Source of the DNA: Acaryochloris marina S15 | GTDB lineage: Bacteria; Cyanobacteriota; Cyanobacteriia; Thermosynechococcales; Thermosynechococcaceae | Direction: 5' to 3' | Assembly (NCBI RefSeq): GCF_018336915.1 | Contig: NZ_CP064923.1 | Coordinates: 5,520,001-5,552,000, forward strand | DNA length: 32,000 bases | Shown: positions 25,307-32,000 of the stretch, piece after piece | How the letters are laid out: the number at the start of each line of letters is the position of its first letter | Numbering within the stretch: position 1 is the stretch's first letter | Position numbers and translations under genes: made by a program | Notes under the pieces: generated by a model | The model's input: the letters and a program-made list of their open reading frames with translations, nothing else | Databases searched by the model: none | What the model was told of the DNA's origin: nothing

Positions 25307-26389
25307 TTAACCGTTGATGACAGGAGCAGTAAGAGCAACAGGAGCAGACTCACCAGCAGCCAAGTCTAAGGGGAAGTTATGAGCATTGCGCTCGTGCATA
25401 ACTTCGAAACCTAGGTTTGCGCGGTTAAGAACGTCAGCCCATGTGTTCACAACGTTACCTTGTGAATCAACGATGGAGTGGTTGAAGTTGAATCCGTTCA
25501 AGTTGAAGGCCATGGTGCTGATGCCCATTGCAGTCAACCAGATGCAGACAACGGGCCAGGCACCCAAGAAGAAGTGCAAGGAACGGCTGTTGCTGAAGGA
25601 TGCATATTGGAAGATCAAACGACCGAAGTAGCCGTGGGCTGCAACGATGTTATAAGTTTCTTCCTCTTGGCCGAACTTGTAACCGTAGTTGGCGGACTCA
25701 CCTTCGGTGGTCTCACGAACTAGGGTGGAGCTAACCAAGGAACCGTGCATGGCGGCGAATAAGGAACCACCCAAGACTCCAGCCACACCAAACATGTGGA
25801 AGGGGTGCATCAAGATGTTGTGCTCAGCTTGGAACACGAACATGAAGTTGAAGGTTCCGCTGATGCCTAGAGGCATGCCGTCGGAGAAGCTGCCCTGACC
25901 CAAAGGATAGATCAAGAAGACGGAGTAGGTAGCAGCCAAAGGTGCAGAGTAAGCTACGCAAATCCAAGGACGCATCCCTAGGCGATAGCTATATTCCCAC
26001 TGACGGCCTAGGTAGCAAATACAACCAATCATGTAATGGAAGATGATTAGCTGGTAAGGGCCACCGTTGTACAACCACTCGTCTAGAGAAGCTGCTTCCC
26101 AAATGGGATACAGGTGAAGACCAATAGCGTTAGAGGAAGGAACAACGGCACCAGTGATGATGTTGTTGCCATATAAAAGTGAACCAGCTACGGGCTCACG
26201 GATTCCATCGATGTCGACGGGAGGGGCGCCAATAAAGGCGATTACGAAACAGGTTACAGCGGTGAGAAGGGTAGGAATCATCAATACGCCGAACCAACCG
26301 ATGTATAAACGGTTGTTGGTGCTGGTGATGAAGCTACAGAATCTTTCCCATGCGCTGGCGCTTTCGCGTCTTTGCAAGACTGTTGTCAT
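25307..26389 (-). CDS. psbA: Photosystem II reaction-centre protein D1
   Basis: 360 aa, colinear without gaps with canonical D1. H118, Q130, Y161, D170, E189, H198, H215, S264, H272, H332, E333, H337, D342 and A344 are all present, plus a 16-aa C-terminal extension. Confidence 0.98.
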   Translation of the reverse strand: MTTVLQRRESASAWERFCSFITSTNNRLYIGWFGVLMIPTLLTAVTCFVIAFIGAPPVDIDGIREPVAGSLLYGNNIITGAVVPSSNAIGLHLYPIWEAASLDEWLYNGGPYQLIIFHYMIGCICYLGRQWEYSYRLGMRPWICVAYSAPLAATYSVFLIYPLGQGSFSDGMPLGISGTFNFMFVFQAEHNILMHPFHMFGVAGVLGGSLFAAMHGSLVSSTLVRETTEGESANYGYKFGQEEETYNIVAAHGYFGRLIFQYASFSNSRSLHFFLGAWPVVCIWLTAMGISTMAFNLNGFNFNHSIVDSQGNVVNTWADVLNRANLGFEVMHERNAHNFPLDLAAGESAPVALTAPVING

Positions 26390-26454
26390 GGTTATGATTG
26401 CGGTTAAGTAAATTAACTACGGGACAGAACATAAAAGCTGTGTCCACGTTACTA

Positions 26455-26483
26455 ATGATAATGATTTTATTTTTTTTTGTAAA
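26455..26483 (-). promoter_or_regulatory. Candidate psbA promoter (sigma-70 type)
   Basis: The minus strand reads TTTACA (26483..26478), a 17-nt A-rich spacer, then TATCAT (26460..26455). The predicted 5' UTR of ~55-60 nt contains a GGACA(C)AG/CTGTCC stem (26422..26445). Confidence 0.5.
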
Positions 26484-26644
26484 CTTAGATTCAGTTTTTT
26501 TGACGTGGCTGTCCAGTCAAAATTAGCTTAATCACCAACAGACAAAGGATTCAAAGATTCTGGCGAGGTTAAACAATTACTTTTTTCACGCGTCATCTGA
26601 AGCCTTAATCTTTTACAACTGTATCGATTCTGAGAACCGAGACC

Positions 26645-27055
26645 TTAGCTTGCAAATTTATGGATTACAACTGCGACGGCAAACCCTAGCCCAAAGTATC
26701 GAATAAATTGCCAGAAAGGCTCTTTTAAATCATGCCACTTCCAGAGTTGGCTTTCTAGGGTCATACCTAGGGTATGGATCTGGTCTTGAATTTGTTCCAG
26801 CTCCGTTTGCAGCGCTGCTAGATTCTGCTCTGTTTGGGCTTTGGCAGACATATCAGTCTGCACATCTGCTAGCTTTTTCTCCAACTGAGCTTGCTCAGCC
26901 TGAGCAGTTTTGATCTCTAGATAACGATCTCTAATTTGTTGGAGAGTATTTTCAGCCTCCGTTAAGGCTGTCGGGAATTCTGTATCGAAGTCTACGGCAG
27001 TGCGCTCTGACTGTCCTGCCATCTTCTCTAGGATTGGTTGTTCCGATGATTCCAT
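26645..27055 (-). CDS. Hypothetical tail-anchored coiled-coil protein
   Basis: 136 aa. A Gln/Glu/Leu-rich coiled coil (QIRDRYLEIKTAQAEQAQLEKKLADVQ...LQTELEQIQDQIHTL), then one C-terminal hydrophobic helix (FWQFIRYFGLGFAVAVVIHKF). Confidence 0.6.
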   Translation of the reverse strand: MESSEQPILEKMAGQSERTAVDFDTEFPTALTEAENTLQQIRDRYLEIKTAQAEQAQLEKKLADVQTDMSAKAQTEQNLAALQTELEQIQDQIHTLGMTLESQLWKWHDLKEPFWQFIRYFGLGFAVAVVIHKFAS

Positions 27056-27088
27056 TCTAATTCGTCAAATGTAGGGATTATTAATTTA

Positions 27089-29548
27089 TTGATCTCGGAT
27101 TGGGGGGTGGAGCCCCACTATGACCGATGGTGGAAGTGGCCTAACGCAATTTTTCCTGTGCCGAAACCATCCTTTCCGCAGCAACGCTGGCAAATTGCTG
27201 ATCCAGAACAAACTCTAGTAGACAGGATTGCGATCGCAACCCGATTATCGCCTCTTTTGGCTGCAGTATTAGCCAACCAAGGGATAGAGTCTGTCGAAGC
27301 CGCTCAACAGTTTTTGGCACCAGAGTCACAGAGCTTACCCTCTCCTCTTGAAGCATTCCCGGATTTGGCCTCTAGCTTAACGTTGTTACAGGATGCGATC
27401 GCATCTCGACACAAAATTGCCATCTGTGGTGACTACGATGCAGACGGCATGACCAGCACTGCTTTATTGCTGCGCGTCCTGCGAGCTTTAGAGGCGGAAG
27501 TGGACTATGCGATACCCAGCCGGATGCAGGAAGGCTATGGCATTAACCAACGCATCGTCGAAGAATTCGCAGCAGATGGCGTGAAGCTGGTGTTAACCGT
27601 AGACAACGGTATTGCCGCCTATGACCCCATTGCTAGAGCCCGAGAGCTGGGATTGACTGTGATCATCACAGATCACCATGATCTGCCCCCTCAACTGCCC
27701 CCTGCCAATGCCATTCTTAATCCCAAGTTAGTACCAGAAGACTCCCCTTATCGAGGGTTAGCAGGGGTAGGAGTTGCTTATGTCTTAGCCACCTTACTTG
27801 CGCAAGAGCAAGGCAATGCCACCCTGATTACCCCACTGCTAGAGCTTTTTACCCTAGGCACCATTGCTGATTTAGCACCATTAGTGGGGGTCAACCGCCG
27901 CTGGCTCCAGCGAGGCTTAGCCCTCTTGCCTCACTCTCGGTTAGCCGGGGTGCAGTCTTTGATGCAAGTATCTGGCTGTGTATCTGCAGATCAAGCCCTT
28001 AAACCCGATGCCATTGGGTTTCGGCTCGGCCCCCGCATCAATGCCGTGGGCCGGATTGCCGATCCACAAACGGTTATTGAGTTACTAACAACAGATGATC
28101 CAGATGTAGCGTTTTCCCGAGCCATGCAGTGTGAGCAGACCAACCAGCATCGACGTCAGCTCTGTGCAGACATTGAGATAGAGGCCATCGAATTAGTTGA
28201 GACCCTAGTCTGCCAGGGGAAAGCGCCGTGGCAACCAGAAGGCGAGTGGGTGATTGTGCTGGTTCATCCCGGTTGGCATCATGGCGTGATTGGGATTGTG
28301 GCGTCCCGGTTAGTAGAACGCTATGGATTGCCCGTGTTTATTGCTACCTATGAAGAGGAAGACCATACCCATATCCGTGGGTCAGCTCGGGGGATTCCTG
28401 AATTTGATGTGTTTGCGGCACTACAGGCTTGTCATGAGTCTCTAGGACGTTATGGAGGGCACCGGGCAGCAGGAGGCTTTTCCTTAGCAACAGACCAGTT
28501 GGATGAGATGCGATCGCACCTTCGTAACTACGCCCACCAAACCTTACAGACTGATCAGCTCAAGCCCCTAGTGACAGTCGATGCCCAAGCCCGTTTCTCT
28601 CAGCTTAATTGGGACCTATACGAGCAAATCAACCAACTACATCCCTGCGGCATTGGCAATCCTGAACCCATTTTTTGGACTGCAAATGTTGAGGTGGTGG
28701 AGCAGCGGCCTGTCGGCAAAGACAAAACCCATCTCAAGCTCACCCTCTCCCAATCTGAGTCAGACGACGAGCAGACCCAATTAATCAAAGGTATGGCATG
28801 GCGGTGGGGCACCTATCATCCTTTACCCCAGCGCCTCGACATTGCCTATCGCCTAAGAGAAAACACTTGGAACCAGCAAACCAATCTGGAGCTGGAGATT
28901 TTAGGTATTCGGCTACCCGTTGAAGCCCAACCCAACCCACAGAAAAATACTCCCATTGTGGTGGCCCAAGCAGATAAAGGGGCACCCGTCGTCCGACAAC
29001 AAGTAGCCTTACACTGTCCTGAACCAACCGTGTCTTCTGCACTACTACAAGCCATAAAGTGGTCAAGCTTGGGAGACTGGCCCCAAGTCCTCAAAGGCAT
29101 TGACGGGCATATATTGATGTACGGCTACCAGCGTCCCTACGTATCGACAACAACCCTGCCTGGAACCGTAGAATATGATCGGCCTAGCCGTCCCTGTGAC
29201 TGCCTGATTCTATGGTCTTTACCGCCCTCTTGGACCCATTTACGCTGGTTACTATCCTTGGCAAGGCCTCAGCAGATTTATATCCGCAACCATAGTCCAG
29301 CGATTTTGCCAGCCGAGGAATTGAAGGCAAAACTAAAGTTTGAAATAGCAAAAAACGGTGACGAACCTCTCAACTTACTGAACTTAGGACAGCAATGGTG
29401 GGTTGCACCGAGTACAATTGTTTCTGCTTTTAGAGAAATAGGTTACCCCTGCTCTGATTTCCCGGAGACGGGATTATTAGAGCAGGAGTTAAAACGCTTG
29501 CAGCGTTGGTATCATTGTTCAGCCAACAGATTGGCAAAGTTACCCTAG
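27089..29548 (+). CDS. recJ: Single-stranded-DNA-specific exonuclease RecJ, with a ~200-aa C-terminal extension
   Basis: DHH motifs (IAICGDYDADGMTS; TVDNGI; IITDHH) and DHHA1 (GGHRAAGG). The start is uncertain: TTG 27089 is listed, with in-frame GTGs at 27107 and 27158, and no in-frame ATG before the DHH domain. Confidence 0.9.
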   Translation: MISDWGVEPHYDRWWKWPNAIFPVPKPSFPQQRWQIADPEQTLVDRIAIATRLSPLLAAVLANQGIESVEAAQQFLAPESQSLPSPLEAFPDLASSLTLLQDAIASRHKIAICGDYDADGMTSTALLLRVLRALEAEVDYAIPSRMQEGYGINQRIVEEFAADGVKLVLTVDNGIAAYDPIARARELGLTVIITDHHDLPPQLPPANAILNPKLVPEDSPYRGLAGVGVAYVLATLLAQEQGNATLITPLLELFTLGTIADLAPLVGVNRRWLQRGLALLPHSRLAGVQSLMQVSGCVSADQALKPDAIGFRLGPRINAVGRIADPQTVIELLTTDDPDVAFSRAMQCEQTNQHRRQLCADIEIEAIELVETLVCQGKAPWQPEGEWVIVLVHPGWHHGVIGIVASRLVERYGLPVFIATYEEEDHTHIRGSARGIPEFDVFAALQACHESLGRYGGHRAAGGFSLATDQLDEMRSHLRNYAHQTLQTDQLKPLVTVDAQARFSQLNWDLYEQINQLHPCGIGNPEPIFWTANVEVVEQRPVGKDKTHLKLTLSQSESDDEQTQLIKGMAWRWGTYHPLPQRLDIAYRLRENTWNQQTNLELEILGIRLPVEAQPNPQKNTPIVVAQADKGAPVVRQQVALHCPEPTVSSALLQAIKWSSLGDWPQVLKGIDGHILMYGYQRPYVSTTTLPGTVEYDRPSRPCDCLILWSLPPSWTHLRWLLSLARPQQIYIRNHSPAILPAEELKAKLKFEIAKNGDEPLNLLNLGQQWWVAPSTIVSAFREIGYPCSDFPETGLLEQELKRLQRWYHCSANRLAKLP

Positions 29549-29664
29549 GTTGCGTTACTCCGAAGAGCAACCAACAGAACAACAATTGGGCCTGCAATGA
29601 CGACAGCGCCAAGCATAGTTAGTTGAAGTACAACTTGTAAATTGATTGCAGCTAGTAAGTCCAT
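29545..29664 (-). CDS. psb30: Photosystem II protein Psb30 (Ycf12); 39 aa, absent from the ORF track
   Basis: The minus strand reads GGGAGACAAGG-ATG, then MDLLAAINLQVVLQLTMLGAVVIAGPIVVLLVALRSNAT*. This matches the Ycf12 pattern ..IAQLTMIAMIGIAGPMIIFLLAVRRGNL (one TM helix, QLT and AGP motifs). Confidence 0.75.
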   Translation of the reverse strand: MDLLAAINLQVVLQLTMLGAVVIAGPIVVLLVALRSNAT

Positions 29665-29854
29665 CCTTGTCTCCCAGATTAACTCAAATATTGTTAGCGA
29701 ACGCGCCCTCTATTCTACCTGGTTAAGGGATCACGTGGAAGGGAGATTTTGATAGGATTAGCTTATTAGCTCTGATCAAGGTGAAAGTTTTAAGCTATTC
29801 AATCTTGATCCTGCAATCTGTAATTAGCTGTTTAGGATAAGGTCGTCCAAAGGT

Positions 29855-30205
29855 ATGGCAAATTGGTGTTGCATCGAGCAATGTGGGGCCTGTTGCCATC
29901 TCGATCCAACGGAGCGCCCTGATGTTCAAGAGTATTTAACCCCAGAAGAATGGAAGCATTACTTAAGTTTGGTGGGCTCCGACGGCTGGTGCATTCACTT
30001 TGATACAGACCATCGAAAATGCAAAATCTATGCGGATCGACCTCAGTTTTGCCGGGTAGAGCCGAAATCCTTTCAACGCATGTATGGCGTCGATCCTGAG
30101 GATTTGAGTGACTTTGCGATCGCATGTTGTCGCCAACAAATCGATGCCATTTACGGTGACCGCAGCTTAGAAAGCATCCGGTTTGAACGTGAGATCGGGT
30201 TCTAG
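29855..30205 (+). CDS. YkgJ-family cysteine-cluster protein (UPF0153, CxxCxxCC)
   Basis: 116 aa. CCIEQCGACCHL at the N-terminus and further Cys (WCIHFD...KCKIY...FCRVEP...ACC), typical of this putative Zn/Fe-binding family. Confidence 0.8.
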   Translation: MANWCCIEQCGACCHLDPTERPDVQEYLTPEEWKHYLSLVGSDGWCIHFDTDHRKCKIYADRPQFCRVEPKSFQRMYGVDPEDLSDFAIACCRQQIDAIYGDRSLESIRFEREIGF

Positions 30206-30223
30206 CTCCCCCTTCCAGGCATA

Positions 30224-30640
30224 ATGGGGCTAGTCAACTGCGATGTGAAGGTAGTCGCAGGTCCATTTTTGTTTAGGCTTACCGTGAGTGATATCAATTC
30301 AGTCCCTGCTAATCATCAGGCTTCAAAACCAACGAATACTCAACAACCTGACCCCAGCAAAGGGTTCAGCAAGGAATTTGGGCTAGCCTTTGTCACGGTC
30401 TTCCTAGCAGAACTAGGAGATAAAACTCAGTTGAGTACGCTATTGATGACTGCAGAGTCTCAATCGCCCTGGATTATTTTTTTGGGTGCTGCTGCTGCCT
30501 TGATCACAACTAGCCTATTCGGGGTGATCATTGGCCAGTGGCTCGCTCGTCGGGTGTCAGCAGCGACACTCAATACCGTGACCGGTGCCAGCTTGTTGTT
30601 CATTGCGGTCTTGCTGATTTGGGATACGGTACACCTCTAG
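30224..30640 (+). CDS. UPF0016 (GDT1/TMEM165/Mnx) single-repeat membrane protein, half-transporter A
   Basis: One E-x-G-D-K-T motif (FLAELGDKTQLSTLLM) and ~3 TM helices. The start is uncertain. In-frame GTG 30284 lies after a weak hairpin plus T-run (30238..30274) that may terminate the upstream gene. Confidence 0.8.
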   Translation: MGLVNCDVKVVAGPFLFRLTVSDINSVPANHQASKPTNTQQPDPSKGFSKEFGLAFVTVFLAELGDKTQLSTLLMTAESQSPWIIFLGAAAALITTSLFGVIIGQWLARRVSAATLNTVTGASLLFIAVLLIWDTVHL

Positions 30641-30659
30641 AACTCAGGAGCCAAGGCGA

Positions 30660-30947
30660 ATGGATTGGAAGTTATTAGGGATCACTTTTGTCGTCGTGTT
30701 TCTAGCGGAACTGGGCGATAAAAGTCAGTTGGCAGCCATTACTCTCAGCGGAAATTGCCAACATCCTCGGGCCATTTTTTTAGGCACATCCTCGGCACTT
30801 ATCTTTGCCAGTTTGTTAGGTGTGTTGTTAGGAGAAGGGGTTGGCCAGTTGCTACCCACACAGCTTATGAAAGCAATTGCAGCCATTGGCTTTGCTCTCT
30901 TAGGCATCTCGTTTTTATGGTCTCCGGCTGAAGCTGAAGCGGAATAA
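30660..30947 (+). CDS. UPF0016 (GDT1/TMEM165/Mnx) single-repeat membrane protein, half-transporter B
   Basis: 95 aa. One E-x-G-D-K-S motif (FLAELGDKSQLAAITL) and 3 TM helices. It starts 19 nt after gene A and is preceded by AGGAG. Confidence 0.85.
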   Translation: MDWKLLGITFVVVFLAELGDKSQLAAITLSGNCQHPRAIFLGTSSALIFASLLGVLLGEGVGQLLPTQLMKAIAAIGFALLGISFLWSPAEAEAE

Positions 30948-30974
30948 TATCAACTCTCTGGTGGTTTGAAATAA

Positions 30975-31508
30975 ATGGCACCCTCAAAAACCAATCTCAC
31001 CACACTCAAACAACATCTCAAGCAAGCCTCAAAAGAGGAACTCACCGATGAGATTAGTGAGCTGTTTAAAACGTTTAAGTCCGTCAAAGAATATTATCAA
31101 CTCAAACTCAGCCCCGAAACTGAGCAGTATGTAGGGGAAAACTACAAACAAACCATCGAGCATGAATTTTTCCCGGCGCGGGGCTTTGGCAAAGCCCGAC
31201 TGTCAGTGGCCCGCAAAGCGGTGAATGACTACAAGAAAGTCTGCCGTGATCCCGCTGCTTTAGTGGACATGATGCTGTTCTACGTGGAACAGGGGGTTAA
31301 GTTTACCGATGCCTATGGCGATATTGATGAGCCCTTTTATAACAGCATGGAGAGCATGTTTGAGTCAGCCACTAAAGCCATTGCTAAATATGGCTTACAG
31401 GGTGTGGCAGAACGGCGATGTCGCACAATTGTGCAAGACACCTCACAAACGGGTTGGGGGTTTCACGATGCGCTTCGTGAGATATATCAAGCAACTTTCA
31501 GCAAATAG
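30975..31508 (+). CDS. Conserved hypothetical protein, probably a DUF6155-like family
   Basis: 177-aa soluble helical protein. The pattern LKQHLKQASKEELTDEISELFKTFKSVKEYY...EFFPARGFGKARLSVARKAVNDYKK...MLFYVEQGVKFT resembles what I remember of DUF6155 proteins. Not verified. Confidence 0.55.
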   Translation: MAPSKTNLTTLKQHLKQASKEELTDEISELFKTFKSVKEYYQLKLSPETEQYVGENYKQTIEHEFFPARGFGKARLSVARKAVNDYKKVCRDPAALVDMMLFYVEQGVKFTDAYGDIDEPFYNSMESMFESATKAIAKYGLQGVAERRCRTIVQDTSQTGWGFHDALREIYQATFSK

Positions 31509-31550
31509 AAGCCCAAACATGGTTCATTCCTTGTTTGTTAGTTCTGAGAA

Positions 31551-31790
31551 CTATGCCGACTGCTCAAAGTATTCTTCGGTCGTTTCTACCTGGAGAACCT
31601 CGCAGGCAATTTTATCGACCAGCAGGGCTGTAGAAAACTCACTGGAATAGACCTCTAAAATTGCTTGAGCCTGACAATCAAATAGAATTCGCTGCTGCTG
31701 AAAAACCACCTTTTCAAAATACCAATTCTGAATATTGGAGATGCGAATGATCTCAAGAAAAGGGGTTTGGTTGACATAGCTACACAGCAT
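31551..31790 (-). CDS. Hypothetical protein (79 aa)
   Basis: Isolated ORF convergent with 30975..31508. No motif recognised. Confidence 0.4.
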   Translation of the reverse strand: MLCSYVNQTPFLEIIRISNIQNWYFEKVVFQQQRILFDCQAQAILEVYSSEFSTALLVDKIACEVLQVETTEEYFEQSA

Positions 31791-31855
31791 TGAATCAACA
31801 GCCTTATTTCAAATGGGTTTTAACTACTCAAACAGAAGCGCTTTGGGGACATTCT

Positions 31856-31999
31856 TCAACGATTAGGTATAGATCTATGAAAAGTGCAATAGATCTCACA
31901 GCAGACATCAGACTTCTCACTCGCCATCACTTTTGGCAGTAAAAACAGATTGTCAAGGTTCCTATCATATTCAGCCCCCATATACTTTTGATTAACGGC
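31856..31999 (-). CDS. Possible 3' end of a gene that starts beyond the right edge
   Basis: The minus-strand frame is open from the window edge (…AVNQKYMGAEYDRNLDNLFLLPKVMASEKSDVCCEIYCTFHRSIPNR*). An internal ATG at 31981 would give only 41 aa. Not recognisable. Confidence 0.25.
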   Translation of the reverse strand, partial: AVNQKYMGAEYDRNLDNLFLLPKVMASEKSDVCCEIYCTFHRSIPNR

Positions 32000-32000
32000 T

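Noticed and set aside
25307-26389. Whether the D1 is a rogue/sentinel D1, a ChlF (super-rogue) or a microaerobic D1'.
   Set aside because: All Mn-cluster ligands (D170, E189, H332, E333, H337, D342, A344) and the normal C-terminal extension are present. G80, F158 and T286 are unchanged. It is therefore a functional standard-class D1 with Q130.
25386-26411. Several plus-strand ORFs (25386..25631, 25478..25723, 25689..25898, 26154..26411) overlapping psbA.
   Set aside because: They are shadow ORFs of a highly conserved, codon-biased gene, with no independent signals.
30206-30290. Possible yybP-ykoY (Mn2+) riboswitch ahead of the UPF0016 genes, suggested by GGGGCTAGTC versus the conserved GGGGAGTAG.
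   Set aside because: The region is too short (~80 nt). It lacks the second conserved half of the four-helix motif. The only structure is a weak 6-bp hairpin plus T-run, better explained as the terminator of the upstream ykgJ-like gene.
31869-31896. Two ATAGATCT copies 20 nt apart as a regulatory or mobile-element terminal repeat.
   Set aside because: They are short (8 nt), lie inside an open reading frame, and have no associated transposase or target-site duplication. Coincidence is plausible. They are mentioned only within the right-edge finding.
1-32000. CRISPR arrays, IS elements, prophage genes, restriction-modification or other recognisable defence systems.
   Set aside because: None found. 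There are no regularly spaced repeats beyond HIP1 and no transposase, integrase, Cas or nuclease motifs in any ORF of the track.

Overview
This is a cyanobacterial chromosomal window. The evidence is 13 perfect HIP1 palindromes (GCGATCGC) plus psbA, psb30/ycf12, fbp-zwf-opcA and sucrose-phosphate phosphatase. It is almost entirely core housekeeping DNA. Left to right: a 5'-truncated FHA?-PAS-GAF-GGDEF-EAL signalling gene; rplS; tRNA-Trp(CCA); secE-nusG-rplK-rplA-rplJ-rplL; a short SepF-family gene; a GNAT; a coiled-coil protein; a triple-FHA ABC-2/ABCG-like transporter; fbp, a decayed tal remnant, zwf and opcA; cobyrinate a,c-diamide synthase; an orphan protein with a sigma region-4-like HTH; spp-ruvA; an MFS transporter; a 4-Cys Ser/Thr kinase; an alpha/beta hydrolase; psbA (D1); recJ; psb30; a YkgJ Cys-cluster protein; a split UPF0016 (GDT1/Mnx-type) transporter pair; and two or three unknown genes at the right edge. 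I see no transposase, integrase, CRISPR array, rRNA or recognisable defence gene. I did not find convincing evidence for a new multi-gene system. The observations most worth follow-up are: (1) a frameshifted, internally deleted transaldolase pseudogene in the conserved fbp-tal-zwf-opcA operon; (2) psb30, missing from the ORF track, whose stop overlaps the recJ stop in a CTAG; (3) phosphothreonine-signalling parts in one window (a 3xFHA ABC exporter with a large Cys-containing outer loop, a probable FHA-GGDEF-EAL protein, and a zinc-ribbon STK); (4) a D1 with all catalytic ligands but unusual substitutions around the ChlD1/PheoD1/TyrZ side; (5) an orphan sigma-4-like protein behind an AT-rich region with helically phased GTGAC repeats; (6) a split UPF0016 pair. 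All identifications come from reading motifs by eye and from remembered family sequences. No database search was run.
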